Below, piece after piece: positions 56,024 through 63,999 of a stretch of DNA of 64,000 nucleotides. Origin of the DNA: Elusimicrobiota bacterium (lineage in GTDB: Bacteria; Elusimicrobiota; Elusimicrobia; UBA1565; JACRDR01); contig JBGFSC010000049.1 of assembly GCA_041694815.1 (NCBI GenBank), positions 32,001-96,000 of the forward strand. Reading direction: 5' to 3'. The position numbers and the translations under genes are program-made. Below the pieces are notes generated by a model. That model saw only the letters and a list, made by a program, of their open reading frames with translations, was not told the origin of the DNA and did no database searches. Position 1 is the first letter of the stretch. Each line of letters starts with the position of its first letter.

Positions 56024-57493
56024 TCAACGAACCACCGCAAAGCTCCCGCTACGCCGCCTCCCTTGCGTATCCGAGATCAGGTACAGGTAAATCCCCGACG
56101 CCACCCTCTGCCCGGCGTCGTCCGTCAAATCCCAATGGCCGACCCCGGCCGGGGCGCTGATCGTCCTCACCCATCGGCCCGACATCGTGTAAATGCGCAC
56201 CTCGCTGCCGGGCGTCAGCTGGTCCACCGTGAGGGCGATCCCCGCGTGGGTGTCGGCGCGCCACGGGTTTGGAAACACCCTCGCGCCGCCCAGGTCGGCC
56301 GCCAGTGACGGATGCGGGTGAGGCGACGGGGCGATCGCGAAGGACAGAATGTTCGAGCGCCCGGAAGGGTCGAATACGCTGACGCGGGCCGTCCCGCTCG
56401 AGACGATGTCGGAGGCGGGAATGCCCGCCCGTATCGTCGAAGAGCTCGCAAAATGGGTCGGCCGCGGCTCACCGTTGAACTCCACCCGCGAATCGGTCGA
56501 AAAGCCCTGCCCGAATACGGTCAAGACGAATTCGGGCCCTCCCGCCGCCACCGAGCGGGGCTCCAGAAAGGTAAGCAGCGGGACGCTTTTTCCCGGCCCC
56601 TCAGAGGCTAAAGGCGGCTCGACGGCCGGCACGGAGGCCGTCTCGCTAGAACGCAACGGGCGGCAGCCCTCCCCGATGCCGTCGGCGCAATACTCATGCG
56701 TCGGCATCGGGGGCGTCGTTGGCGGTTGCGTTGACAGGACCACCTCGGGCGGCGGGGCGGCCTCCCCGGCGATCACCTGGGCGACGGTCCGCACCAGCGT
56801 CCCCCGCGGCTCGCGCTCCTTGAGCCAATCCAGGAACCCCGCCAAGGTGCCGGTGCTCAGGGCGAAGGGATCGCAACTCTCACAGAGCCGGTGAAGCACG
56901 AGAGGGACCCATCCGCCTCCAGCCTGCTCCGCGTCCAGGACGAGACGCTGCAACTCCCCGAGCGTCGTGTCAGGCCTGGCCGATCTGGGTGTGCGCACGA
57001 CGTACGGGTTCTCCGGCGGCACGGTCTCAGCCTTGGGGCAACTCGGGCAGGCCAGGCTCCCGACGACCCGAGCGCTCGAGTAGCCGCATTCGCGGACCGT
57101 CGCTTCGGCGGCCTCGCTCGAGGCGCCGAAGGGATAGGCGAAGGAGACGGCATCGAAGCCCCAGGAGCGTAGCTGCGAACGGTCCTCGCAGATCTCGCGC
57201 CGCCGCTCAGCCTCGGAAAGACGCGCCACGTTGAGGTGGTGCAAGGTATGCCCGGCGATCTCATGGCCCGCGGCCGAGATCGCGCGCAGATCGGAGAGAG
57301 TAAGGTAGAGCCCGCTCGCGCCGATGCGCGCGCTGTTGACGTAAAAGGTGCCTTTAAAGCCGCGTTCCTCCAGCATCCGGGCTCCCAGGAGATGATCGGC
57401 CGTCCCGTCGTCGAAGGTGAGGCTCACCAAGGTGCGGGCCGCGGCGGGCGAGGCGAACGCGAAAATAGCCACCAGGCAAAGCGCTTCCTTCAT
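56024..57493 (-). CDS. polysaccharide deacetylase + IPT/TIG domain + T9SS-like C-terminal sorting domain
   Basis: VSLTFDDG, HEIAGHTLHH, FAYPFG; IPT-like FVLTVFGQGF; ARVFPNPWR...WDLTDDAG..VASGIY...FAVVR. Confidence 0.85.
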   Translation of the reverse strand: MKEALCLVAIFAFASPAAARTLVSLTFDDGTADHLLGARMLEERGFKGTFYVNSARIGASGLYLTLSDLRAISAAGHEIAGHTLHHLNVARLSEAERRREICEDRSQLRSWGFDAVSFAYPFGASSEAAEATVRECGYSSARVVGSLACPSCPKAETVPPENPYVVRTPRSARPDTTLGELQRLVLDAEQAGGGWVPLVLHRLCESCDPFALSTGTLAGFLDWLKEREPRGTLVRTVAQVIAGEAAPPPEVVLSTQPPTTPPMPTHEYCADGIGEGCRPLRSSETASVPAVEPPLASEGPGKSVPLLTFLEPRSVAAGGPEFVLTVFGQGFSTDSRVEFNGEPRPTHFASSSTIRAGIPASDIVSSGTARVSVFDPSGRSNILSFAIAPSPHPHPSLAADLGGARVFPNPWRADTHAGIALTVDQLTPGSEVRIYTMSGRWVRTISAPAGVGHWDLTDDAGQRVASGIYLYLISDTQGRRRSGSFAVVR

Positions 57494-58401
57494 CGCTTCT
57501 GGCCCCCGCTTCCAAAGGAGAACAAGATCGAAAAGTATTGCGTCTGGCCGAGACGCCCCAAGGGCACCCATGCGTAGTCGAAGCTCTGGCCGTAGAGGTT
57601 GAGCCCGAGCCCGGCCGTGACACCGGAGAGCCCCGAGAGCTCGCGGGTCGGGTCCGTCCTATAGCCGGCGCGCAAAAAGACAAATGAAAAGGGCGACCAT
57701 TCGGCGCCGAGGCGGCCCGCCGGCAATCCCCCGCGGTCGTAAAAGCCGTCGGCGGCCAGGCGGACTCCGGCGGTGGGGTTCAAAAGTACCCCGACGCGGT
57801 AGCTGCGCGGCAGCTCGTCTCGCGCGTGGAGAAAGCGTATCCTCGAGCCGACGTTGGCGATCGCCGCCGCGACTTGCACCCGGGCGCTGATTCGGTATAG
57901 AGCCCCCGCGTCGCCGGCCGCAGCACCCGCGGACGCGTCGCCGATGCGGGCGTCGATCCACTTGACAGTCGCGCCGAAGGAAAGGGCCTTGCCGGCGCGG
58001 CGCCCATACGCGATGGAATAGGCCCCGTAATAGGAGGAAAAGCTTCCGATCTCCGCTCCGGAGGCGTCGCGCAAGGCCATCGGCTCGGGACGCAATAATT
58101 GCACCGAGCCTCCCAGCCCGCCTCCCCGGCGGAGGGGATGGACATAACTGATGAACTCGTAGCCGACCGATTCGAGATAACTCAGGTGCATGGCGGCCAA
58201 CTGCCGCCCGGGCAGCAGCCCCAGGCCCGCCGGGTTCCAGACCGGGGCGTAGGCGTCGGCCGCCAAGGCGCTGTAAGCCCCGCCGAGGGCCGCCGGGCGG
58301 CCGCCGACCGGTATGTCCAGGAAGGAGGCGGCTTCGACGCCCGAGGCTTCGGCCCGGACCGCTAGTACGGCGAGCAGCAAGGAAAGCTTCGCGCCGCTCA
58401 T
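57490..58401 (-). CDS. PorV/PorQ (UPF0164)-like outer membrane beta-barrel
   Basis: FLDIPVGGRPAALGGAY, WNPAGL, DYAWVPLGRLGQTQYFS. Confidence 0.82.
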   Translation of the reverse strand: MSGAKLSLLLAVLAVRAEASGVEAASFLDIPVGGRPAALGGAYSALAADAYAPVWNPAGLGLLPGRQLAAMHLSYLESVGYEFISYVHPLRRGGGLGGSVQLLRPEPMALRDASGAEIGSFSSYYGAYSIAYGRRAGKALSFGATVKWIDARIGDASAGAAAGDAGALYRISARVQVAAAIANVGSRIRFLHARDELPRSYRVGVLLNPTAGVRLAADGFYDRGGLPAGRLGAEWSPFSFVFLRAGYRTDPTRELSGLSGVTAGLGLNLYGQSFDYAWVPLGRLGQTQYFSILFSFGSGGQKR

Positions 58402-58437
58402 ACCGGCAAGCACTATAGCAGCGAGCGCGGGCTCGCC

Positions 58438-58485
58438 GAATAATCAGCGTGTAACCGTTCCTTGGCGGGGCGTCGTAATCCGCTT
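58438..58485. promoter_or_regulatory. conserved upstream element of PorV-like cassette (copy 1)
   Basis: GAATAATC-n3-GTGTAAC-n15-CGTCGTA, 37 nt from the cassette start codon. Confidence 0.6.
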
Positions 58486-58688
58486 CAGATCAAATAAAAT
58501 CGGAGCAGCCCCGTTACGAGCGGCTCTACGGAGAGGACGAACAGCAGGGCCTTCTTGGGCTGCCTCCGGATGAATTTCCAATGCCCCTTCATGACCCGAT
58601 AAACGAATCGAGTGGAACGGACCAGGACCTCAAGCCCCTCCTTCTTCTTGGGGCGCTCTAAGTCATGGTAGTCGTCGACCATCCTCAT
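58485..58688 (-). CDS. small hypothetical protein with C-terminal hydrophobic helix
   Basis: ATGA-coupled to the upstream small ORF. Confidence 0.45.
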   Translation of the reverse strand: MRMVDDYHDLERPKKKEGLEVLVRSTRFVYRVMKGHWKFIRRQPKKALLFVLSVEPLVTGLLRFYLI

Positions 58689-58927
58689 CGGTAGACGGGC
58701 TTCCACCCTTGGGAGGCCAGAACCTTCAGGTAATTGCGCATGTAGGGCTCGACGTATTCGTCGGAAACGCTGCCGGCGATCTCGGCCACGACAATGTCGT
58801 GCTTCTGCTTATCCCAATGCGCGCAGGGCTCCGGCGGGTTCTTCAGAGGCGACCTGGAAGAGGACAGAAAGACCTCCTTGAGCGTCAAATTCCGGAACTC
58901 GTAGATCTTGACGGCGTCCGAGCCCAT
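58685..58927 (-). CDS. small hypothetical protein
   Basis: 80 aa, coding-like codons, CATACT box 7 nt upstream. Confidence 0.6.
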   Translation of the reverse strand: MGSDAVKIYEFRNLTLKEVFLSSSRSPLKNPPEPCAHWDKQKHDIVVAEIAGSVSDEYVEPYMRNYLKVLASQGWKPVYR

Positions 58928-59031
58928 GGCGTCCAGTATGAGGAAAACGCGCGGGAGGGTCCACTCAAATCCTGATCAAATTTTTGTGACCTCATGAAAC
59001 GGCCGGGGAAGATGACATACAATAATCCGCC

Positions 59032-59703
59032 ATGAGAGCGCTCGCGCTGATACCGGCGTTGCTGTTTTCCTCGGTAGCGGCAGCCGCCGAATTCAGGTCC
59101 ACCGAGGATATGCAGTACTGGACTCCGACCTTCATCCACCTCCCGCGGCGCGGACGCCTCTCCGCTCTGCTCGAGATCAATCCGCGCGTCCGCGGCGATC
59201 TCGGCCGCCTCAACCATCTCTTGATACGGCCGTGGCTGGGCTGGTCCGTTTCCAAGGGCGTCGTCGCGCACGCGGGATACGCGTGGGTACGCAATGACTT
59301 GGGCGCCGTATCCCAGGAGCACAGGATCTGGCAACAGGGAACTTTCCTTAAGACCGTCATGGGCTCGACGCTGCTCGGCCGCGCGCGGCTGGAAGAGCGC
59401 TGGCTGGAAGGAGCGCGCGGCCTCTCTTGGCGCGGGCGCATCATGGGCCGCGTGGAACGGCCGATCGGCAACGGTCCTTGGTTCCTAGTAGGTTCCGACG
59501 AATTATTCCTCCATCTTCCATCGGCCCCGGGAGGCCCGGCCGAGGGATTCGATCAAAACCGCCTGTTTTTGGGCGTCGGCAGGATGCGCAGCGGCCGGCC
59601 TAAGGCGGAGTTCGGCTATCAGCATTGGAGGCTCAACCGCCCAAGCGGACCCGACAGCATATTCCACGTGCTGGTGTTGACGACGCATTGGACGATCGAT
59701 TAG
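59032..59703 (+). CDS. DUF2490-like outer membrane beta-barrel protein
   Basis: EHRIWQQ, RARLEERW, SDELF, FDQNRLFLGVG. Confidence 0.8.
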   Translation: MRALALIPALLFSSVAAAAEFRSTEDMQYWTPTFIHLPRRGRLSALLEINPRVRGDLGRLNHLLIRPWLGWSVSKGVVAHAGYAWVRNDLGAVSQEHRIWQQGTFLKTVMGSTLLGRARLEERWLEGARGLSWRGRIMGRVERPIGNGPWFLVGSDELFLHLPSAPGGPAEGFDQNRLFLGVGRMRSGRPKAEFGYQHWRLNRPSGPDSIFHVLVLTTHWTID

Positions 59704-60608
59704 AATCTCGCGGCGAAGGAAAATCGGTGCACACGGCCGAGCTCGCCGAAAGGCGTGATCGAATAATCCAGGCTGTAGCCGTATCCCACCAAGCCGAATC
59801 CCGCGGCAAGGCCTTGGATGCCAGCGATTCCCGTGCCTCCGGGCAAGGCCGCCGCCGAGGCGTATCCGGCCCGGAACATGAATCCTCCCACCAAGGCGTA
59901 TTCGGTCCCGAGATTAATTTCCGACGCCTTCGCGTACGGGCGATACCGGTAATCCAACCCGAAGATCAGACCGCCGGCCACTTTATATCCCAGGCCCGTT
60001 GTCCACGCCAGCGGCATGGGAAAACCCTGGTCTAGAAATTTCATCCCAGGGCCGATGTTTTGAACGGCGATCCCAAGTTGCACGTCGCCCGGCCCCCACC
60101 GTCCGGCCCGATAGAGCCCGCCGAGATCGATGCCGTAGCCGTTGGCCGAGGCCTCCGCGATGCGGCTAGTCACATACCGAATGCCGGTCCCCATCCTGAA
60201 ACGCTCGGAGAGCCGAAGGCCATAGGCGAGGTCGATACTGGTGTCATGAGCGACGAAGCTGCCGTTCGGCCGGCCCATGGAATCCCGCCCCTCGATCGCC
60301 CCCTGCCCCAGTCTCCGCAAGCCGGCCGCCAGGGTACCGACTCGAGTCGGCTGGGCGTAGCCGAGGAACTGATAGCGTGTGCTCCCTAAGGTCTCGGCGT
60401 GCATGAACCCAAATTCGCGCGAGGCGATCGCCGATAGCCCCGCCGGGTTCCACGCGACGGCGCTGACATCGTCGGCCACCGCCGTGTAGGCGCCCCCCAT
60501 GCCGAGCGCCCGCGCCCCTACCCCGATCTTAAGAAAGGTGGCCGACTCCTGCGACGAGGCAAAAACGGGCAGCAACAGGAGCGCGAGGACCAGCGCGAAG
60601 GCCGTCAT
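59700..60608 (-). CDS. PorV/PorQ (UPF0164)-like outer membrane beta-barrel
   Basis: FLKIGVGARALGMGGAY, WNPAGL, ends VHRFSFAARF. Confidence 0.85.
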   Translation of the reverse strand: MTAFALVLALLLLPVFASSQESATFLKIGVGARALGMGGAYTAVADDVSAVAWNPAGLSAIASREFGFMHAETLGSTRYQFLGYAQPTRVGTLAAGLRRLGQGAIEGRDSMGRPNGSFVAHDTSIDLAYGLRLSERFRMGTGIRYVTSRIAEASANGYGIDLGGLYRAGRWGPGDVQLGIAVQNIGPGMKFLDQGFPMPLAWTTGLGYKVAGGLIFGLDYRYRPYAKASEINLGTEYALVGGFMFRAGYASAAALPGGTGIAGIQGLAAGFGLVGYGYSLDYSITPFGELGRVHRFSFAARF

Positions 60609-61039
60609 TTGATTACCGCCACCTTTCCAGTCTTGCTGATCACGCCTTCCCCGGGCTTTTTGATCGTCACGGCATATATGTAGATCCCGGAGCCGACCCC
60701 ACTGACGTCCCACTCATAGTCGTAGGTGTATTGCGGCCCTTTCCCGTTGCCGTCGTCGAACACCCGAGGCGGCGAAAATTCGGCGCTATGCACGCGATGC
60801 CCCGCCACGTCGTAGATGTTGAGCAGCGCGGTTTCCGCGAGGCCGGTCTGCAGGCGTATGGTGACCGCCTGCCCTCGCCGAGACGGATTCGGGAAAGCGT
60901 AGAGCTGGCGCAAGGAGAGGGCGGGATCGACGAAGAAGCCACCCCCTGGAGCGAGGGCGGAAGGTGACTCTCTGAGCTCACGAGCGAAGGCGGGAGATGC
61001 CGTCGCGAGCGTCATGCACAGCGCCCAACCCAGCCTCAT
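60605..61039 (-). CDS. stand-alone T9SS-like C-terminal sorting domain protein
   Basis: Signal peptide, then LYAFPNP...NIYDVAG...WDVSGVGSGIY...KTGKVAVIK. Confidence 0.8.
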   Translation of the reverse strand: MRLGWALCMTLATASPAFARELRESPSALAPGGGFFVDPALSLRQLYAFPNPSRRGQAVTIRLQTGLAETALLNIYDVAGHRVHSAEFSPPRVFDDGNGKGPQYTYDYEWDVSGVGSGIYIYAVTIKKPGEGVISKTGKVAVIK

Positions 61040-61075
61040 GGTGGCTGGAAATATACCAGCACGGCGCCTTTAAGC

Positions 61076-61124
61076 GAATAATCGCGGTGTAACGATTCTT
61101 TGCTGGCGCGTCGTAGACGCGCTT
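61076..61124. promoter_or_regulatory. conserved upstream element of PorV-like cassette (copy 2)
   Basis: GAATAATC-n3-GTGTAAC-n15-CGTCGTA, 37 nt from the cassette start codon. Confidence 0.6.
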
Positions 61125-61154
61125 AGGAAAAATAAGAAGGAGACGACTCCGTAA

Positions 61155-61394
61155 CTACTTGGTCTTTTTAGGCGGCGTCGCCTTAGCTGCGGGGGCGGCC
61201 GGCGCGGCGGGGGCGGCGCTCTCCATCTGGGCCTGATCGCCTTTCAGCATGCACATCTTGCGCATCATGCAGCATTTGGCGGCGAAGAAACCAATCACGC
61301 CGCCAATGATCAGCATCACCAAGGCCTTCATGCCCTGGCAGACGCAGCAGCCGCAGCGAATCCCGCAACAGCCCCCTTCCTTTTTTTGTTCCAT
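61155..61394 (-). CDS. small Cys/Met-rich membrane protein
   Basis: SD AAGGAGG; GGCCGIRCGCCVC-TM helix-KCCMMRKMC. Confidence 0.7.
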   Translation of the reverse strand: MEQKKEGGCCGIRCGCCVCQGMKALVMLIIGGVIGFFAAKCCMMRKMCMLKGDQAQMESAAPAAPAAPAAKATPPKKTK

Positions 61395-61548
61395 GAAGCC
61401 TCCTTGTACCGCGAGTCCCATTATAACTGTTCTTCATTAGCTCGTCATAGGCCGCGATATCCCTCCACCAAGCCACCTCCCTCGTCGTTGACCACCGGCT
61501 CGGAAACCTCGTAAGATGCCGCCATGAAGGCATCGCCATAATCGGCTC

Positions 61549-62415
61549 ATGAGAAACGCCATCCTCGCTGTTTTGCTCTGCGCTTGCCCCACCTCGGCCG
61601 CCCTCGACGCGAGCCGGATGGAGGCGCTCATCGGCGTGAAGCCATCCGAGAAGGCCGGCGAGCTCAAGGTGTCGCTGCCCCAAACGGACCTGTCGGTGAA
61701 CGTCGACGGGTTCCCGATCACGCCGCCCATGGGGCTCACCTCCTGGGTGGCCTTCACGAGCCATGGCGGGCATGTGATGGCCATGGGGGACCTGGTTCTT
61801 CTTGAAGACGAGGTCGGACCGGTTCAACGCGCGGCGCTTAAGGCTGGCCTGACCGTGACCGCCCTCCACAATCATTTCCTCCGTGACAAGCCGAAGGTCA
61901 TGTTCATGCACGTCGGCGGCTCAGGCGAAATCGAGGAAGTCGGCGCCGCGGTCCGGGCGACGCTCGATGAGGCGCGCCGCGTCCGTTCCAAGAAACGCCT
62001 AAAGGCAAGCCAGCGCGTCGCCCGAAGCTCGTTTGATCCCTCGGAGATCGAAGGAATGCTCGGCCACAAGGGAGAACTCAAGGACGGCGTCTTCCGGGTC
62101 GTGATCGGGCGCCCGGATGTCTCTCTCAATGACATGGGCGCGCCCGTCAGCGCTTTCCTCGGCTTCAATACCTGGATGGCGTTCCAGGGCTCGAAGGGAC
62201 GGGCGGCCGTGTCGGGCGATTTCGCCATGCTGGAAAACGAGGTTGACGGCGTGGTGCGCGCGCTCGCCGGGCACGGCATCGAGGTCACGGCGATCCACAA
62301 TCACATGACGACCGAGAAGCCCCGCATCTTCTTCCTGCATTTCTGGGGCGCGGCGCCGGTCGCGGATCTCGCGCGCGGCCTGCGCGCGGCGCTCGACCAA
62401 ACGAACAAGCGCTGA
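61549..62415 (+). CDS. DUF1259 (LppY/LpqO-like) protein
   Basis: Two repeats MGDLVLLEDEV...TALHNH and SGDFAMLENEV...TAIHNH. Confidence 0.85.
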   Translation: MRNAILAVLLCACPTSAALDASRMEALIGVKPSEKAGELKVSLPQTDLSVNVDGFPITPPMGLTSWVAFTSHGGHVMAMGDLVLLEDEVGPVQRAALKAGLTVTALHNHFLRDKPKVMFMHVGGSGEIEEVGAAVRATLDEARRVRSKKRLKASQRVARSSFDPSEIEGMLGHKGELKDGVFRVVIGRPDVSLNDMGAPVSAFLGFNTWMAFQGSKGRAAVSGDFAMLENEVDGVVRALAGHGIEVTAIHNHMTTEKPRIFFLHFWGAAPVADLARGLRAALDQTNKR

Positions 62416-62426
62416 CGCTCGATTGG

Positions 62427-62460
62427 AAAGAAAAAACCCCGGTGCTTTGCACCGGGGTTT
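62427..62460 (-). terminator. intrinsic terminator downstream of the tRNA 3' end
   Basis: Minus strand reads aaaccccggtgc-aaa-gcaccggggttttttcttt. Confidence 0.75.
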
Positions 62461-62488
62461 CACTTTCTCCGTCGAGAAACTGCTGAAA

Positions 62489-62538
62489 TGGTTGCGGGGG
62501 CTGGATTTGAACCAGCGACCTCAAGGTTATGAGCCTCG
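62489..62538 (-). other. 3' fragment of tRNA-Met(CAT), probable att site
   Basis: Minus strand CGAGG-CTCATAA-CCTTG AGGTC GCTGG-TTCAAAT-CCAGC CCCCGCA ACCA. The 5' acceptor strand and D arm are absent. Confidence 0.85.
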
Positions 62539-62680
62539 GGTCCTCGGTTCAGGCCTCCTCCGTCGGAGGCCGCCCCTCCATCGCCCAAGGTTGTACTGCT
62601 AACCTTGGGGCTCTGTGAGAATTATAACAGAAGGACGCCAGAATTCAAGTCAATTTTGAGTTTTTGAGAACCAGTCGTTT

Positions 62681-63742
62681 TTAGGCGGCCGGCTGGTTTA
62701 GCGTGCGTTCTAACCGACCGACCGATGCCGTGATCTCATCGAACGAAGGGGTCGCTCCGAAGATCATTCCGGACATGCGCGAATAGTCTTCTTCCAAGCC
62801 CTTGCGCATCGCCGGTGTCGGCAGCAAAGCAAAGGTTCCCGGCTTCGCGCTGGAGAGATCAAAGTCTGGCCGATTGAAGAACATTCGGGCATGGCGGACG
62901 CATTCCGAGGCCAGCGGTAGATTGCCCGCGATCGCCTCGGCGTTCTTTCCGGCAAGCAAGCAATGCACGTCGTAATAGTGGCGGGAGACTCGCTGCCCCT
63001 CCTGCCGCAACTCGCCGCGAATCTCGAACCACCGGCGCAGGCCGTGAAGGATGACCACCTTATCCCAAAATGTGCGCGCCGGCTCGATCGTCCTGACGCC
63101 TTTGATGCCGAGCTGCTTCCCCGGCGCGTCAGCCGCAACGAAAGGCGATATAGTCGCCGCCACGTTCGGGTCCAGTGCCGACTTGGCGCCGGATTCGATC
63201 TTGATGGAGGGATGCACATAGGAGTCACCCGTCGTTACGGCGCTCGGGTATCGCACGAGTAGCGTTTGTCCATCTGGATCGGAATCATCGAGCAGCACGC
63301 CTGTGTCACCAGCGCCAATGCCGGCGGCCTTCATCGTCTCGGCGAGAACGCCTTGGAGTTGAGGCTGGAGAATATCCTTGATGTAATGTTGGCAGCCGTC
63401 CTTGATGGCGTCAAGCCAGGCCTGGCGTTTCTTGCCGGTCAGCTTTCCGAGTTCTTCGGGGGAAGATGATAGGCCCAGATCGGCCCGGAACACGGTAATA
63501 TCAATGTCCTCTGAAAAACGCTGGATCAGCCCGAACGCCTTGGAAAGGGAAGTCCCGCCCTTGAAGAGCAATCGGGGGCCGCCGGGAGCTAATTGATGAA
63601 ACAGCGCATCGAGAGTCCAGCACGCCCAAAAATCCTTTTCTACATTCTGTTCCGTGGTGCCGATCCGCCTGGCCGTCGCCGCAAAGAGCCCGCGCCGCTC
63701 GTCTTTGGACGCCGCAAGGATACCCGCATAGCCGGCATTCAT
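62681..63742 (-). CDS. nucleotidyltransferase AbiEii/AbiGii family toxin
   Basis: VEKDFW, LFKGGTSLSKAFGLIQRFSEDID, RTFWDK, SRHYYD. Confidence 0.92.
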   Translation of the reverse strand: MNAGYAGILAASKDERRGLFAATARRIGTTEQNVEKDFWACWTLDALFHQLAPGGPRLLFKGGTSLSKAFGLIQRFSEDIDITVFRADLGLSSSPEELGKLTGKKRQAWLDAIKDGCQHYIKDILQPQLQGVLAETMKAAGIGAGDTGVLLDDSDPDGQTLLVRYPSAVTTGDSYVHPSIKIESGAKSALDPNVAATISPFVAADAPGKQLGIKGVRTIEPARTFWDKVVILHGLRRWFEIRGELRQEGQRVSRHYYDVHCLLAGKNAEAIAGNLPLASECVRHARMFFNRPDFDLSSAKPGTFALLPTPAMRKGLEEDYSRMSGMIFGATPSFDEITASVGRLERTLNQPAA

Positions 63743-63999
63743 CGACGAACCCGCAACATGCGCTTGGCGGCGCGCGGCTGGCGGTCTTCTTGCCGCGTCG
63801 ACGCTCCTAAATCTAAGAGTTCGCGAACGACCGATTGCATCCAGCTCGGGAGAGTAGGAAGACCCGTGAGCAAGTCGCCGCGGAGTTCGGCGCCGTGCGA
63901 TGGATCGCCGATATTACGCCGAAGCCGTTTAATGATCGCCGTACGCTCGGGACCCAAGATATCCTGGAGCCAATAGAGCGCCTGGACGATGCGCATTGC
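63739..63999 (-). CDS. putative AbiEi-like/DUF6088-type antitoxin, C-terminal part (5' end outside the window)
   Basis: IVQALYWL...LPSWMQSVVREL; ATGA-coupled to the AbiEii gene. Confidence 0.7.
   Translation of the reverse strand, partial: AMRIVQALYWLQDILGPERTAIIKRLRRNIGDPSHGAELRGDLLTGLPTLPSWMQSVVRELLDLGASTRQEDRQPRAAKRMLRVRR

Noticed and set aside
62489..62570. Intact or intron-split tRNA-Met gene
   Set aside because: No 5' acceptor strand (CGCGGGG-like) or D arm at the expected position, and the anticodon arm is uninterrupted, so it is a 3' fragment.
62584..62609. Hairpin cccaaggtt-gtactgct-aaccttggg as an ncRNA
   Set aside because: A single short stem with no other support; it may be a terminator for the AbiE operon or an integrase-related site.
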